Source: a virus. From it: a stretch of 64,000 nucleotides of DNA. The notes under the pieces were generated by a model. The model ran no database searches. It was given only the letters and a program-made list of their open reading frames with translations, and had not been told where the DNA came from. Position 1 is the stretch's first letter, and the number at the start of each line of letters is the position of its first letter. Position numbers and translations under genes: made by a program. Shown here one piece after another: positions 38,944 to 47,929 of this stretch. Where the stretch lies: positions 1 to 64,000 of the IMG/VR virus record IMGVR_UViG_3300012228_000001; one strand, given 5' to 3'.

Positions 38944-39768
38944 TTATCTCACGCGCACCTGATAGCCAGCACTCGAAAACACGTTCGCCACGACCTGCAC
39001 CGCGTCGAGCATTGCGGCCTGCGCGATGATTTGCCGAATCACCGGCGTTGCGCTCTCGGCGGCTTGCTGTGCAAGATGCCGCCCTGGCTGCGCCGGTATA
39101 TACCAGCCCGGCGAATCTTCGGTCATTACCCGAAACGTCGTGTAAACGCCCTGATCGACGTTCGGCGTGACTTGCGCGTTGCGGATCATGCCTTCGTAGG
39201 GCGACGACTTCCAAGTGTAGCCACCGGGACGCCCCGGCTGGCGTCGTGCCAGCGCGGCGGCATGAATCAACCCCTCGCTCACCCGTGCGCCCATCGCCCG
39301 GTTCGCGCCGATCATTTGACGGTAGCTTTTGCTCTGCTTATAAAGATCGCCTAGCCCGCGAAGCCTGTCTGCGCCGAGCTGCTTTGCTCGCTCGTAAATA
39401 TCTGCTGGCATTGCGCCGCGCATCGCCCGCCCGCTTGAACTGACAGTGCCCGGCGTGAAGTGGCGGAACGGGATGACCATGTAGCCGCGCCCCCGCTTGT
39501 TGCGGTGCGGCCAATTGGCGATCCGTGACGGTAAATGAAATCCCTGATGGCCCTCTTCGACAATGCCCGCGTAGGGCGAATGGTTTGCGATTGACACCGA
39601 CAGAGAATTGCCGCCGTAGGGATATTCCGTCGTCGCGTCGCGGATGCCACGGATATATTGCCCCGTGGCCGAATAGGGCATTGCCAGCGTGATCCACTCA
39701 CGGCGGATAATGTCGGCCACCGGCCCGGCAAGGGATTCCTCAATGTGCGGATAGTCGCCTGCTGGCAT
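38944..39768 (-). CDS. neck / tail completion protein
   Basis: TG.Y...I, YMVIPFRH.TPG, YEGM.R, Y.TFRV....S.GW. Confidence 0.7.
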   Translation of the reverse strand: MPAGDYPHIEESLAGPVADIIRREWITLAMPYSATGQYIRGIRDATTEYPYGGNSLSVSIANHSPYAGIVEEGHQGFHLPSRIANWPHRNKRGRGYMVIPFRHFTPGTVSSSGRAMRGAMPADIYERAKQLGADRLRGLGDLYKQSKSYRQMIGANRAMGARVSEGLIHAAALARRQPGRPGGYTWKSSPYEGMIRNAQVTPNVDQGVYTTFRVMTEDSPGWYIPAQPGRHLAQQAAESATPVIRQIIAQAAMLDAVQVVANVFSSAGYQVRVR

Positions 39769-39798
39769 CTATGCGTCCCTCCATGCTAAATTTTTAGA

Positions 39799-40404
39799 AT
39801 GCCAGCAAAAACACATGGGCTTTATCAAACCCGCATATACAAAGTGTGGATCGGAATTAAGCAGCGATGTTTGAACCCCAACGATGGTGCCTACCCCGAC
39901 TACGGCGGGCGTGGGATAACGATTTGCAATGAGTGGCGTACCTTCCCACCGTTTTATGCTTGGGTCACGAGCAAGTTCCCCGATGGAAACGTTCCGACTG
40001 GATTGTCGATTGATAGATTCGACAACGATGGTCCCTATGCGCCCTGGAATTGCCGATGGGCGACGCGAGCTGAACAAAATAGAAACTCCCGGCATAATCG
40101 CTTCGTGGAGTTTAATGGACAAAAACTTTGCCTTATGGATTGGGCGAATCAACTTGGTATTAGTTATCACTCCCTGTCGAAACGTCTGCAAAAATGGCCG
40201 ATTGATAGAGCATTGACGGAACAAAAGAATCATTTCACTGGACAGCGCCTTATTACTCACGCCGGACGAACGCAGTTTCTTTTTCAGTGGGCGAACGAAA
40301 TCGGTATTAGCCTCAAAGGGCTGTCTTCTCGTTTGAATCGTGGTTGGTCCGTAGATCATGCTCTTACCGTTTCGCGTCGGCGCTCGCCTACTGCACGGCC
40401 CTGA
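39799..40404 (+). CDS. HNH-type homing endonuclease, inverted in neck operon
   Basis: THG...TR.Y..W..IKQRC.NP...YGGRGI..C.EW, SIDR.DNDG.Y.P.NCRWA. Confidence 0.9.
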   Translation: MPAKTHGLYQTRIYKVWIGIKQRCLNPNDGAYPDYGGRGITICNEWRTFPPFYAWVTSKFPDGNVPTGLSIDRFDNDGPYAPWNCRWATRAEQNRNSRHNRFVEFNGQKLCLMDWANQLGISYHSLSKRLQKWPIDRALTEQKNHFTGQRLITHAGRTQFLFQWANEIGISLKGLSSRLNRGWSVDHALTVSRRRSPTARP

Positions 40405-41104
40405 TAAAGTCGAGCCTCTTCGCAAGCCACTGCAAAGGTAGCGGTTGAAGATTCTCCGCTCGCGACCGCATCGGTGCCCAACAAATATATTCAGCTTCGG
40501 TCTTGAATCGAATTGAGTATCTGGCCCCTTCATCGGGAGCATTCCCGCCGTTGAGCCATGACACTTGGTTGTTGTTAATAATTTCAAAATCGGTTCCTGC
40601 CAATAATTCGGTCAGTACATAAGTGTACGGATGACCACTGCTCGGCGTCCTCTTCGTCCATATCGCCCGCTCGACGAAAAGAATTTTATCGAATCGCGTT
40701 CGCTCTTGCGTGTTTCCAGTTAGCGGATTGACCGCACCTTTTGTTAGGAGTTCCGACACGCTAACAATCTCGGTTGGCACGGAAAAACGATCATAGTGGG
40801 ACATTGGCGTCCCTGTTGGGAAACTCCAAAGAGCATCCATCAAATCGATACTCCCCTGTTCATAATATGCTCGATTGATCCGTCTATTCGGCCCGAACGC
40901 CATAACGGTCGCCCCGGCATCCCACAAGAACCCCCAACCCGTGCATACTGAACAACTAGCATCCGGCTGACCCGATTCCTCAGTTGAGCAGGGACACTTG
41001 ATTCCTTGCCGAAGAACAACCGGCACGCCATGCACGGCAATTTCTTCATCGAAATCGTCTTTCGATAGAACTTCATGGAATACGTTCGGGTTTTCAATTG
41101 CCAC
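40388..41104 (-). CDS. head closure / neck protein
   Basis: CPC...C.VC.G.G motif; position. Confidence 0.7.
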   Translation of the reverse strand: MAIENPNVFHEVLSKDDFDEEIAVHGVPVVLRQGIKCPCSTEESGQPDASCSVCTGWGFLWDAGATVMAFGPNRRINRAYYEQGSIDLMDALWSFPTGTPMSHYDRFSVPTEIVSVSELLTKGAVNPLTGNTQERTRFDKILFVERAIWTKRTPSSGHPYTYVLTELLAGTDFEIINNNQVSWLNGGNAPDEGARYSIRFKTEAEYICWAPMRSRAENLQPLPLQWLAKRLDFIRAVQ

Positions 41105-41105
41105 T

Positions 41106-41945
41106 TCACACCGTAACGAAAATCACTGACTTCTCGTGCGCCCGGAAACTCTCTCGAATCTCTTTCTCCTGCTCGACGGCGAGCTGGATTTGCCCGCTGT
41201 AGCGGCCATATTTGCCGCCAGCAAAGCCCCGTGAATGCGATAGCCCGTCCAGCCCTATCGACGTGCTCCCAACGCCCGCAAACGGCACGTTGCCGATAAT
41301 CCCGCCGAGAAAAAGCAGAGTACGCAGCATTATCCCTTCGAGCAGGTCGGCGTTATCGCGCCGCAACCGAGTCGGGTCGTAGCCCGCCAGATAATCGACG
41401 AAGATCACCTTGGGCAAACCGTAAGCCCCACCCGAAGCGATTGACAAAAAGAAAGCGTTGAAGCTGGCGTAGATCGCGGCGTTAGTCGGGATTACGTTGA
41501 TCTGCCCGTTCTTGAAATCGACCTTCAGCCATTGCTGCGGGACGTTGAATAACTTTTGCTCTGCCGAGGGGAAAGCGAAAAAGAGCTGCGTGATTCCCGA
41601 TGGCGCGTTCGGGTCTGGCACGACGGGCCGGTTGCGCAGCTTGAAGCCGCCCCACTTGTCGCCGAGATACCAGTCACGGTCGTAATCGTAGCCCGGCTCT
41701 TCGATCTCCGGTATGGCCGCATTCGGATCAATCGCAACACCCCGTTCGTGAGCGCCGCACTTGATCCGCTTGATGCCTAAAAAAATGTTGAGATTCTTTT
41801 CGTAGAAATCTTCTGCCGCCCGAATTTTCCGCAATATTTCCGTGTCGGGATAGCTCTTTTGTTCCCCGCGTGCTGTTAAGAGGATGCCATAAAGCTGATT
41901 GCCCTTGATATCCTCAACCACCAAGCCGCTTTTGGTTTGCTCCAT
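41106..41945 (-). CDS. head-tail adaptor protein
   Basis: L..RPV, VDY.AG, S.S.G.DGLS.S motifs. Confidence 0.7.
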   Translation of the reverse strand: MEQTKSGLVVEDIKGNQLYGILLTARGEQKSYPDTEILRKIRAAEDFYEKNLNIFLGIKRIKCGAHERGVAIDPNAAIPEIEEPGYDYDRDWYLGDKWGGFKLRNRPVVPDPNAPSGITQLFFAFPSAEQKLFNVPQQWLKVDFKNGQINVIPTNAAIYASFNAFFLSIASGGAYGLPKVIFVDYLAGYDPTRLRRDNADLLEGIMLRTLLFLGGIIGNVPFAGVGSTSIGLDGLSHSRGFAGGKYGRYSGQIQLAVEQEKEIRESFRAHEKSVIFVTV

Positions 41946-41952
41946 CGCATCA

Positions 41953-42537
41953 TTAAGGCAAATCGTTCAGGTTCGTAATTCCGGTCGCGGGAATGATCGG
42001 CGTTGCCGGGTAGTAATTCGTTTCGCTCGCCGGATTGCCCGCCGCGCCGCCTTTCAGTGCATCAGTGGCACCGATCCACGCCAGCCCGGCAGCGGTTTTA
42101 ACAGTGACGTAGCCCATGTCCGCCTCGTTCGCAGGCGTCACCGGAAGCGCGGCAATCGCCAGTTTTTCGGTGGCATAGCCAGTGACATTGCCTGCTGCCG
42201 GGGCCACGGTGATTGTCCCGTTGGCTTGAATCGATAAGCGATAAAGCGCCCATTTGTCCGCTGTCACCGTTTGCGCCGTTGGCGCAGTGCCCGCCACAAC
42301 TGCGGCCTTAGTGTAGACCAAGCCGTTGATGCCAAAATTAAACGCGGCGCTGGCGATTTGATCGTCGGTCGAGCCGATGGCAAGCCCGGTGCTCTCAAAA
42401 ACGCCAGAGCCGCCGACAAGAAAACTGCGCAACGAATTGACGGCGGTGATGAGTCCTTGAAGAGTCGTGCCGAGCAGCGCATTTTTCGCCGCTGGCATAC
42501 TCTCGTCAAGGTCTTTCATATAGTCACGAAGAGCCAT
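41953..42537 (-). CDS. putative head decoration protein
   Basis: Ala/Thr/Gly-rich beta protein after capsid gene. Confidence 0.55.
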   Translation of the reverse strand: MALRDYMKDLDESMPAAKNALLGTTLQGLITAVNSLRSFLVGGSGVFESTGLAIGSTDDQIASAAFNFGINGLVYTKAAVVAGTAPTAQTVTADKWALYRLSIQANGTITVAPAAGNVTGYATEKLAIAALPVTPANEADMGYVTVKTAAGLAWIGATDALKGGAAGNPASETNYYPATPIIPATGITNLNDLP

Positions 42538-42543
42538 AGAAAA

Positions 42544-43038
42544 TTACCCCCTTTGCGCGATGCTTGCCTCGATCATTTCAAGGATTTCTTCCTTCGAAGT
42601 TCCTTGATTCACGATAAGGCCCAAATTCTCCGCGTAGTCAGCCAGCGACTTTCTCGACCACGTTAATGACGGCTCGCCGATCTGCTGCTTCAGCTTCGAG
42701 TTTTCTTCACGCAGCTCAAGAATCAGCATGTTCGCCTTGCCGAGCTGTTCGGAGTTGATCGATAGCGTGCGCTGCAATTCGGCGATGGTTCGATCCTTGT
42801 CGCCGTCACCGCTTACAACCGCGTTTAGATTGTCCGCCTTGAAGGCCGCAACCGCTGTCTCGACTTCTTTCGGATCGGCGCGGAACAACTGGAAGCCGGG
42901 AATTTTCAGAAGCCGCTCCGCTTCGGCTTCCGTGAGCGCTTCGCTCACATGATGCACGCGGTCTTTAACCTTGACCGGCACGAATAGCTTGCCATCAATT
43001 CGATTACTGGCGTTCGGTAAACCGCAGACAACGTGCAT
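42544..43038 (-). CDS. capsid-linked protein with coiled coil and C-terminal HeH/SAP-like motif
   Basis: LPNAS..I.G..F; L..YA..LG.......KEEI. Confidence 0.6.
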   Translation of the reverse strand: MHVVCGLPNASNRIDGKLFVPVKVKDRVHHVSEALTEAEAERLLKIPGFQLFRADPKEVETAVAAFKADNLNAVVSGDGDKDRTIAELQRTLSINSEQLGKANMLILELREENSKLKQQIGEPSLTWSRKSLADYAENLGLIVNQGTSKEEILEMIEASIAQRG

Positions 43039-43072
43039 GAAATCCCCCCTTGAAGAAGTTAATGGCCGAGTT

Positions 43073-44566
43073 TTAGTTGAACGGTCTCCACGTCGCCGTG
43101 CGCGGCAACACGTTATTCAAGATGACGTGCTGTTGCGGCTTGGCGACTCGCAGCGCGAAGAAGATCAACTGCGCCCACAAGATTTCCGCCGTGGTGCTTG
43201 GATAGAGCGGGAATTTCATCATCGGGAGCAAGCGCCGGATCGTAAGAGCGCCCATACCCGGCACCATGTTCAGGATGTACGCTTTCGACGTGCCGGGAAT
43301 GTCGGTGTTGTAGTCGACATAGACGGTCGTTGCAGCGCCCGAATCGGCGACGCGGGTCATTTCGCGGAAGTCTGCGTCGGCATTGCCGCCGTTTAACTTG
43401 CTGCGATAAACAATCCAACCGCTCGGATGCGCGGTGCCCGCCGTGATCGTCAACGTGACTTTATCGCCAGACGCGACAGTTACTTGTGCGCTCTTGGTCA
43501 GGTTGCCGTGGCCGTCCTTGGTGATCGGCGCGACGGCGTAGTAGTACAAGCCCGCCTGCGCAGCGACAAACTCCGAAGCGGCATCCCCGGCTGCTACGCC
43601 CCCGAGGGTAGCGGCGGCTTCGATAGTCGCATTGAGAGCACCGGCAAAGATACCCGTGGCGGATTTCGCTGCCGGTTGAGATTCCAAAATCAGCTTGTCG
43701 AAACAAGCTTGGAGTCGGCCCTCGAAAGCGAAACTCGACTTGATGCCGATGACCGGCGCACCCTTCATAATGCCGAAGGCGCCGACTTCACTTGGCGAAC
43801 CCATCATTACACGGAAAGCCGGATCGAGACCCTTGTCGAGATCGGCCTGAACGCCGGTAGACCAAAAGCCGTGAGAAACCATGCCGAAGTTTCCGAAGCG
43901 GCTCACCTGCTCGGCAGCGTCGACGATCTGCTCGCCGGAATTGCCGATAGGTTGGCCCTTCAGATTCACGATATTGGCCGGTGCGAGGGTCTTGATAATC
44001 TTGTAGAGACCGTCGAACTGTTCCGGCACAACAGACGAGTCGCCGTTGAACAAACCCCACTCACCAGAAGTAAGCAGTTCCAACGCGCCGCCAGTTTGCT
44101 GCACGGAAGTAGCCGAAGCGATGCCGCCTTCCAATTCCTTGACGAACGAAACGCGCCGCTTGGTCATCAGATATTTGATCTGCAACGTGCGACGGCGCAG
44201 CGTAGCATCCTGCTCGCCGATTGCGCCGAGTTCGGAATTGAACGAACTGCCGGGATAGCCGCCGACAGCAGTCTCTTCCGTCCATTCGTCGACAGTCGCG
44301 GTAGCGTTGCTCTTTTCAGCCATGTTCCACAGACGGAAATCCGTGAACTGCTGAATGACCGCGAGCAATGTGGCCTCCAAGCTTTGACGCCGCAAAGCGC
44401 CGCCGCCTGTTAAACTAGCCACGTCGGTCACGCCCGTACCAGACGTAAGGGCTTTGAAAAATCCCTCGTAAGCGTCATAGTCGAGTAGGTTGGGGATGCG
44501 CGGGATGCCGCTGCCACCCTCTACTGAACCAAACGGGATCAGTGGATATCCGCCTGCAAGTTCCAT
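43073..44566 (-). CDS. major capsid protein (Twort/SPO1/A511-like)
   Basis: FKALTSG.G...LTGGGALRRQSLE, EWGLF.GDS...QFDGL, N..IPGT, L.PMMKFPL. Confidence 0.9.
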   Translation of the reverse strand: MELAGGYPLIPFGSVEGGSGIPRIPNLLDYDAYEGFFKALTSGTGVTDVASLTGGGALRRQSLEATLLAVIQQFTDFRLWNMAEKSNATATVDEWTEETAVGGYPGSSFNSELGAIGEQDATLRRRTLQIKYLMTKRRVSFVKELEGGIASATSVQQTGGALELLTSGEWGLFNGDSSVVPEQFDGLYKIIKTLAPANIVNLKGQPIGNSGEQIVDAAEQVSRFGNFGMVSHGFWSTGVQADLDKGLDPAFRVMMGSPSEVGAFGIMKGAPVIGIKSSFAFEGRLQACFDKLILESQPAAKSATGIFAGALNATIEAAATLGGVAAGDAASEFVAAQAGLYYYAVAPITKDGHGNLTKSAQVTVASGDKVTLTITAGTAHPSGWIVYRSKLNGGNADADFREMTRVADSGAATTVYVDYNTDIPGTSKAYILNMVPGMGALTIRRLLPMMKFPLYPSTTAEILWAQLIFFALRVAKPQQHVILNNVLPRTATWRPFN

Positions 44567-44617
44567 AAAAAACCCCCTCTTTTCTGCTTATACAGCGTTA
44601 GTGATTACGGCTAGTTA

Positions 44618-45502
44618 TTAACCAACGTCTCTGATCGCCGACATGATATTCGACGGGACCGCCATGCCCTCGTTGACACAAGTCTCGGCAAGCGCAACGT
44701 CTTGGAAGCTGATCTTTTGCGACTTCTGCGCCTTCAGTAAACGCTCCGAGAATTCCAGCCGGGTCATCCCGCCGCCATCGTTGTTCGCGCCAGCGCCATT
44801 GACGCTTTTGTTGGTGGCCGCTGGTTTGTCGACCGCTGATAACATGCTGATGCGACCGCGCCCGGCGTTGCTCGCCCCTTCGAGGCTCTTCTTCATGCCG
44901 TTCAGCATGACGCTCAACCCGTAGGCGATAACTTCGACGGATTTTTCCAGCTTGGCCTGCGCCAAACGGACTTCGTGAATCTCGTTGAAGCCCTTGTCGA
45001 GCTGCTGGTTAATCACGAATACTTTTTCGTCTTCGCTCAAATCCGGGTCGTTGGAGATTTCATCGATGGATTTACGCACGTTGCGCTTCTCGTCGTAGTA
45101 CGGCACTTCGGCGTTCGACGGAACATCGACATCATCGTCTTCCATCTTGGCGTCGTAGTTGAATTTCTTTTTGATTTTCTTGGGCGAGTCCATGTCGCCG
45201 GTGTTGAGGCTATTTTGATCGCCATAAGGCTGCTTGGTCTCACCAGACTTTTTGGCGAACATCTTTTTGTCCATAACCTCGTCTTCTTCCTCGTCATCAT
45301 CGCAGCCATCAGCCGGGTCGCCAATCGGCCCCATCGGCATCGCCTTTTTCAACCGGGGCGATGAAATCATGGAGCCGAGCAAGTCGAGCGCTTTCTGGAC
45401 AATGCCCAACTGCGTGACCGGCTCTTTGGTTGCTTCCGGCGATTTACCGTCCAGCGATTTTTGAATCTCCGCTGCCTGCGCTTCGAGATCGGAAATTTTC
45501 AT
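44618..45502 (-). CDS. scaffold-like head protein
   Basis: charged, many KS/KA sites; between protease and capsid; SD AGGGGGAG. Confidence 0.7.
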   Translation of the reverse strand: MKISDLEAQAAEIQKSLDGKSPEATKEPVTQLGIVQKALDLLGSMISSPRLKKAMPMGPIGDPADGCDDDEEEDEVMDKKMFAKKSGETKQPYGDQNSLNTGDMDSPKKIKKKFNYDAKMEDDDVDVPSNAEVPYYDEKRNVRKSIDEISNDPDLSEDEKVFVINQQLDKGFNEIHEVRLAQAKLEKSVEVIAYGLSVMLNGMKKSLEGASNAGRGRISMLSAVDKPAATNKSVNGAGANNDGGGMTRLEFSERLLKAQKSQKISFQDVALAETCVNEGMAVPSNIMSAIRDVG

Positions 45503-45518
45503 AGACTCCCCCTTTTTG

Positions 45519-46379
45519 TTAAGCGACCAATTTGAAAATTTGGATCACTGTCTTTTTCGCAATATCGACCGGCTTGCCCGCGCACTTGACTAAATGCTCA
45601 AGCGCCTCTTTCGGATCGTCGGTCTCTTCGTCGTGCCCGCACTTCTTTTTGCCGCCCTGAATTTGCGCCATCGGTGCGCCGTGCAAGCTTTGGCGTCGCA
45701 ATGCTTCGCCGCCAGCCATCGCGTTGCTATCCGTGCTGCCCGGCCCGGCGACAAGCGCTTTCGCCATGTCCGCCCATGCCCACGAGTTCACGGGCTTGGT
45801 CGTCAAGACAACGTTCGTGACCATGCAGGCTTTGCTTGACGGATCGCCGAGATTTTGCACCGGGAGATATGCGCCCTCGATTGAGTAGCCAAGCTTGCGA
45901 TCAAACCCTGACTTGCGGATCGCTTGAATCAAATCCCATGCGTCGTCGGCGGCTTTCTTTACGCCCGCAGGGAATAGGTGGCCCCAAATCGCCGTGCCGG
46001 ATTTCATCGCGCCGTTGATCGGATCGCGATACTGGACACCCTTCTCGACACGCTCTGGCACGCCGATAATGTTGGCCGTTTCACCGGCATGACAAGTCGG
46101 GCATTCGCCGGAAAAATGTTCAAATTTAAGAAAGCCCTGGCGGGTTGAGAAGCGGTCGAAATCGATCTGGTCGGCGAGCGCCGCGCCGAGATTTTTCCCC
46201 ATCGCTTGAAGCATCGGGGAGTAGGTCGAAAATTGCTCAAGGATCACTTCGCCGTCCAAGTCGCGGTCTTCGGTCGAGATAATGCCGCAAATCATCCGGT
46301 CGGTCGGGCTGGAAATCTCCACGGATTTCTCAACGTCAAGCGGCACCCAAAAACTAAACGGTTGGCGAGTTCTGTCCAT
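45519..46379 (-). CDS. prohead protease
   Basis: I.GIISTEDRDLDGE, H, LGYSIEG, VVLT.KPVN. Confidence 0.85.
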   Translation of the reverse strand: MDRTRQPFSFWVPLDVEKSVEISSPTDRMICGIISTEDRDLDGEVILEQFSTYSPMLQAMGKNLGAALADQIDFDRFSTRQGFLKFEHFSGECPTCHAGETANIIGVPERVEKGVQYRDPINGAMKSGTAIWGHLFPAGVKKAADDAWDLIQAIRKSGFDRKLGYSIEGAYLPVQNLGDPSSKACMVTNVVLTTKPVNSWAWADMAKALVAGPGSTDSNAMAGGEALRRQSLHGAPMAQIQGGKKKCGHDEETDDPKEALEHLVKCAGKPVDIAKKTVIQIFKLVA

Positions 46380-46383
46380 AAAC

Positions 46384-46418
46384 AAAAAAAGCCCGCCAGG
46401 GATTACCTGTGCGGGCTT
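46384..46418 (-). terminator. intrinsic terminator immediately before protease start
   Basis: AAGCCCGC-ACAGG-loop-CCTG-GCGGGCTT followed by U tract. Confidence 0.75.
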
Positions 46419-46419
46419 G

Positions 46420-46500
46420 AAGCCACAATGACACGACTCACTTCGGAGTCGGCCTTCCTGTCTAATCGGTTTTACCGAAACAGCTTTCCAAATTGTGATT
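46420..46500 (-). ncRNA. candidate three-way-junction leader RNA
   Basis: CACAAT/ATTGTG, CTGTTT-CGGT/ACCG-AGACAG, GACTC/GAGTC; G-U pairs favour minus strand. Confidence 0.5.
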
Positions 46501-46502
46501 CT

Positions 46503-46532
46503 CGTTTACCACCCCTGCTTATACATTGTCAA
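46503..46532 (-). promoter_or_regulatory. sigma70-type promoter TTGACA-N18-TAAACG with extended TG
   Basis: perfect -35 at 46527-46532. Confidence 0.6.
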
Positions 46533-46554
46533 GCGCTCTTTTTGGCCCCCTCGG

Positions 46555-46620
46555 AGAAAACGGAACACTGCGGGAATAAAGGGTTGAAGGGGCCAACCGG
46601 CCAATTATTAACGGGCGCAA
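46555..46620 (+). promoter_or_regulatory. island motif copy 1: AGAAAACGGAACACTGCGGGAATAA ... ATTATTAACGGGCGCAA
   Basis: 25 bp identical to 48372-48396; intergenic. Confidence 0.75.
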
Positions 46621-46637
46621 CAAGAAAGGGGTGGCAA

Positions 46638-47095
46638 GTGAAGAACGAAGTAATCGAGGCAATCAAGGTGGTGAAAGAGTTCACCAGCAAGTCTCAATTC
46701 GCTGCGATGCGCGAAGGGCTTAAAGACGATGACGGTCAATACTTCGCCGACAAGTTCATGGAGATCGCGACCACGATCAACGGCATGGCAAAGACTTACG
46801 AGCAGAGCGGCATGGGCGACGAGGCCATTGCTTACCTGCACTACTTTCTCGGATCGATGGATTTCTACATCACGGAGAAAGACATAGGCAGCGACGACGA
46901 GCCGGGACAGCATCAAGCTTTCGGCTTGGCCGATCACGGCTACGGCGCTGAACTTGGCTATATCTCAATCGTCGAGCTGGTTGAGAACGGCGTCGAGCTG
47001 GACTTGAACTCACGCCAAAGACGTTGGCGGAAATCAAAGCGGAGCGCGAGCCGGTAACGGACGAAGAACGAAGCAACGGGCCGAAGCGATATTAA
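46638..47095 (+). pseudogene. DUF2958/DarA-C-like protein with 1-nt frameshift near 47010
   Basis: KTYEQ.G.GDEAIAYLHYF.G..DFYITEKD...QAFGLAD.GYG.ELGYISI.EL; expected FTPKTLAEIK tail lies in another frame. Confidence 0.6.
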
Positions 47096-47128
47096 CCCTA
47101 ACCCAAAAGAAAGGATGGCAAGACGACA

Positions 47129-47527
47129 ATGGCAAACGTACACGAAGTCGACATTAAGGGAGCGCTGGCATTTGACGCGAACGGTGACGATAAGGTGCTC
47201 AAACTTTTAGGCTGGCTTTCGCTGCCGAGCGTCGGATTCAAACTGGAATGGTCGAATGAGTTTCGCGTGCCGAATCATCACGGCGGCGAAACGACGTTCA
47301 CGCGGTTTGCGATCTACGGCAGTGAAGCTGCGAGCAGCGCCGCGATCTTACAGGACTTGGAAATCTTGCAGCGTGCGGGAACGATCTATTCCGCCAGCTA
47401 CAAAGACATTGAAAACGACGGTGGCTGGATTCACGTCAATTTGCATGAACGACGTTTTCGGAAAGTGTTCAATCCTATGAACACAAGTGCTTGTCGGTTC
47501 TGCAAGGCGGCGAGCGACGGAAACTAA
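47129..47527 (+). CDS. hypothetical protein
   Basis: SD AAGGA; packing. Confidence 0.6.
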   Translation: MANVHEVDIKGALAFDANGDDKVLKLLGWLSLPSVGFKLEWSNEFRVPNHHGGETTFTRFAIYGSEAASSAAILQDLEILQRAGTIYSASYKDIENDGGWIHVNLHERRFRKVFNPMNTSACRFCKAASDGN

Positions 47528-47547
47528 TCTTCAAGAAAGGGATGGCA

Positions 47548-47796
47548 ATGGAAAACGAATTTGAATCTATGCGGCGAACGCTGGCTGCGGAGACCAACAG
47601 CGTCAAGGGCGACCGTGAGTTGCTTGAAGCAAAACACGGCAAGGTATGGGACACCGACGAACTGGCGAGGGACTTTGACGTGTTGGGGTTCATGGCACCG
47701 TTCATCGTCGTGAAGCGCAAAGACAATGGCGACATGGGGAGTTTGCAATTTCAGCATTCTCCCCGGTTCTACTTCGGCTACAAAAAAGATCGATAA
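47548..47796 (+). CDS. conserved hypothetical protein
   Basis: G.VWDT.EL..DF.VLGF.APF.VV.RK..G..GSL.FQH.PRFYF. Confidence 0.75.
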   Translation: MENEFESMRRTLAAETNSVKGDRELLEAKHGKVWDTDELARDFDVLGFMAPFIVVKRKDNGDMGSLQFQHSPRFYFGYKKDR

Positions 47797-47800
47797 CGAT

Positions 47801-47929
47801 ATGAAAAAATTCCGACTGATTAACCGCAATAAGTTCCGCGCCGCCATGAAGCGGCTGCGGGGAAAAGCTACCGACCGGACGTTCGCGGCGATCCGCGAGT
47901 TGAAGGGAGAACGTTATGCCTCGATATAA
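47801..47929 (+). CDS. small basic protein
   Basis: packing. Confidence 0.4.
   Translation: MKKFRLINRNKFRAAMKRLRGKATDRTFAAIRELKGERYASI

Noticed and set aside
33110-40404. Group I introns or inteins housing the endonucleases
   Set aside because: Flanking genes are complete on each side, the HEGs are antisense, and no room or motifs for a splicing core were seen
43427-44413. Long antisense ORFs over capsid, hub, SMC and AAA genes (e.g. 43427-44413, 28834-29607, 13028-13684, 57289-57891)
   Set aside because: Shadow frames expected from GC-rich codon bias; no motifs or SD. They also show that shadow ORFs arise easily, which is why the HEG antisense-frame finding needs a statistical test
46206-46637. 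N-terminal extension of ORF 46206-47057
   Set aside because: Runs antisense over the protease start and through the regulatory region; SD-led GTG at 46638 is the likely start
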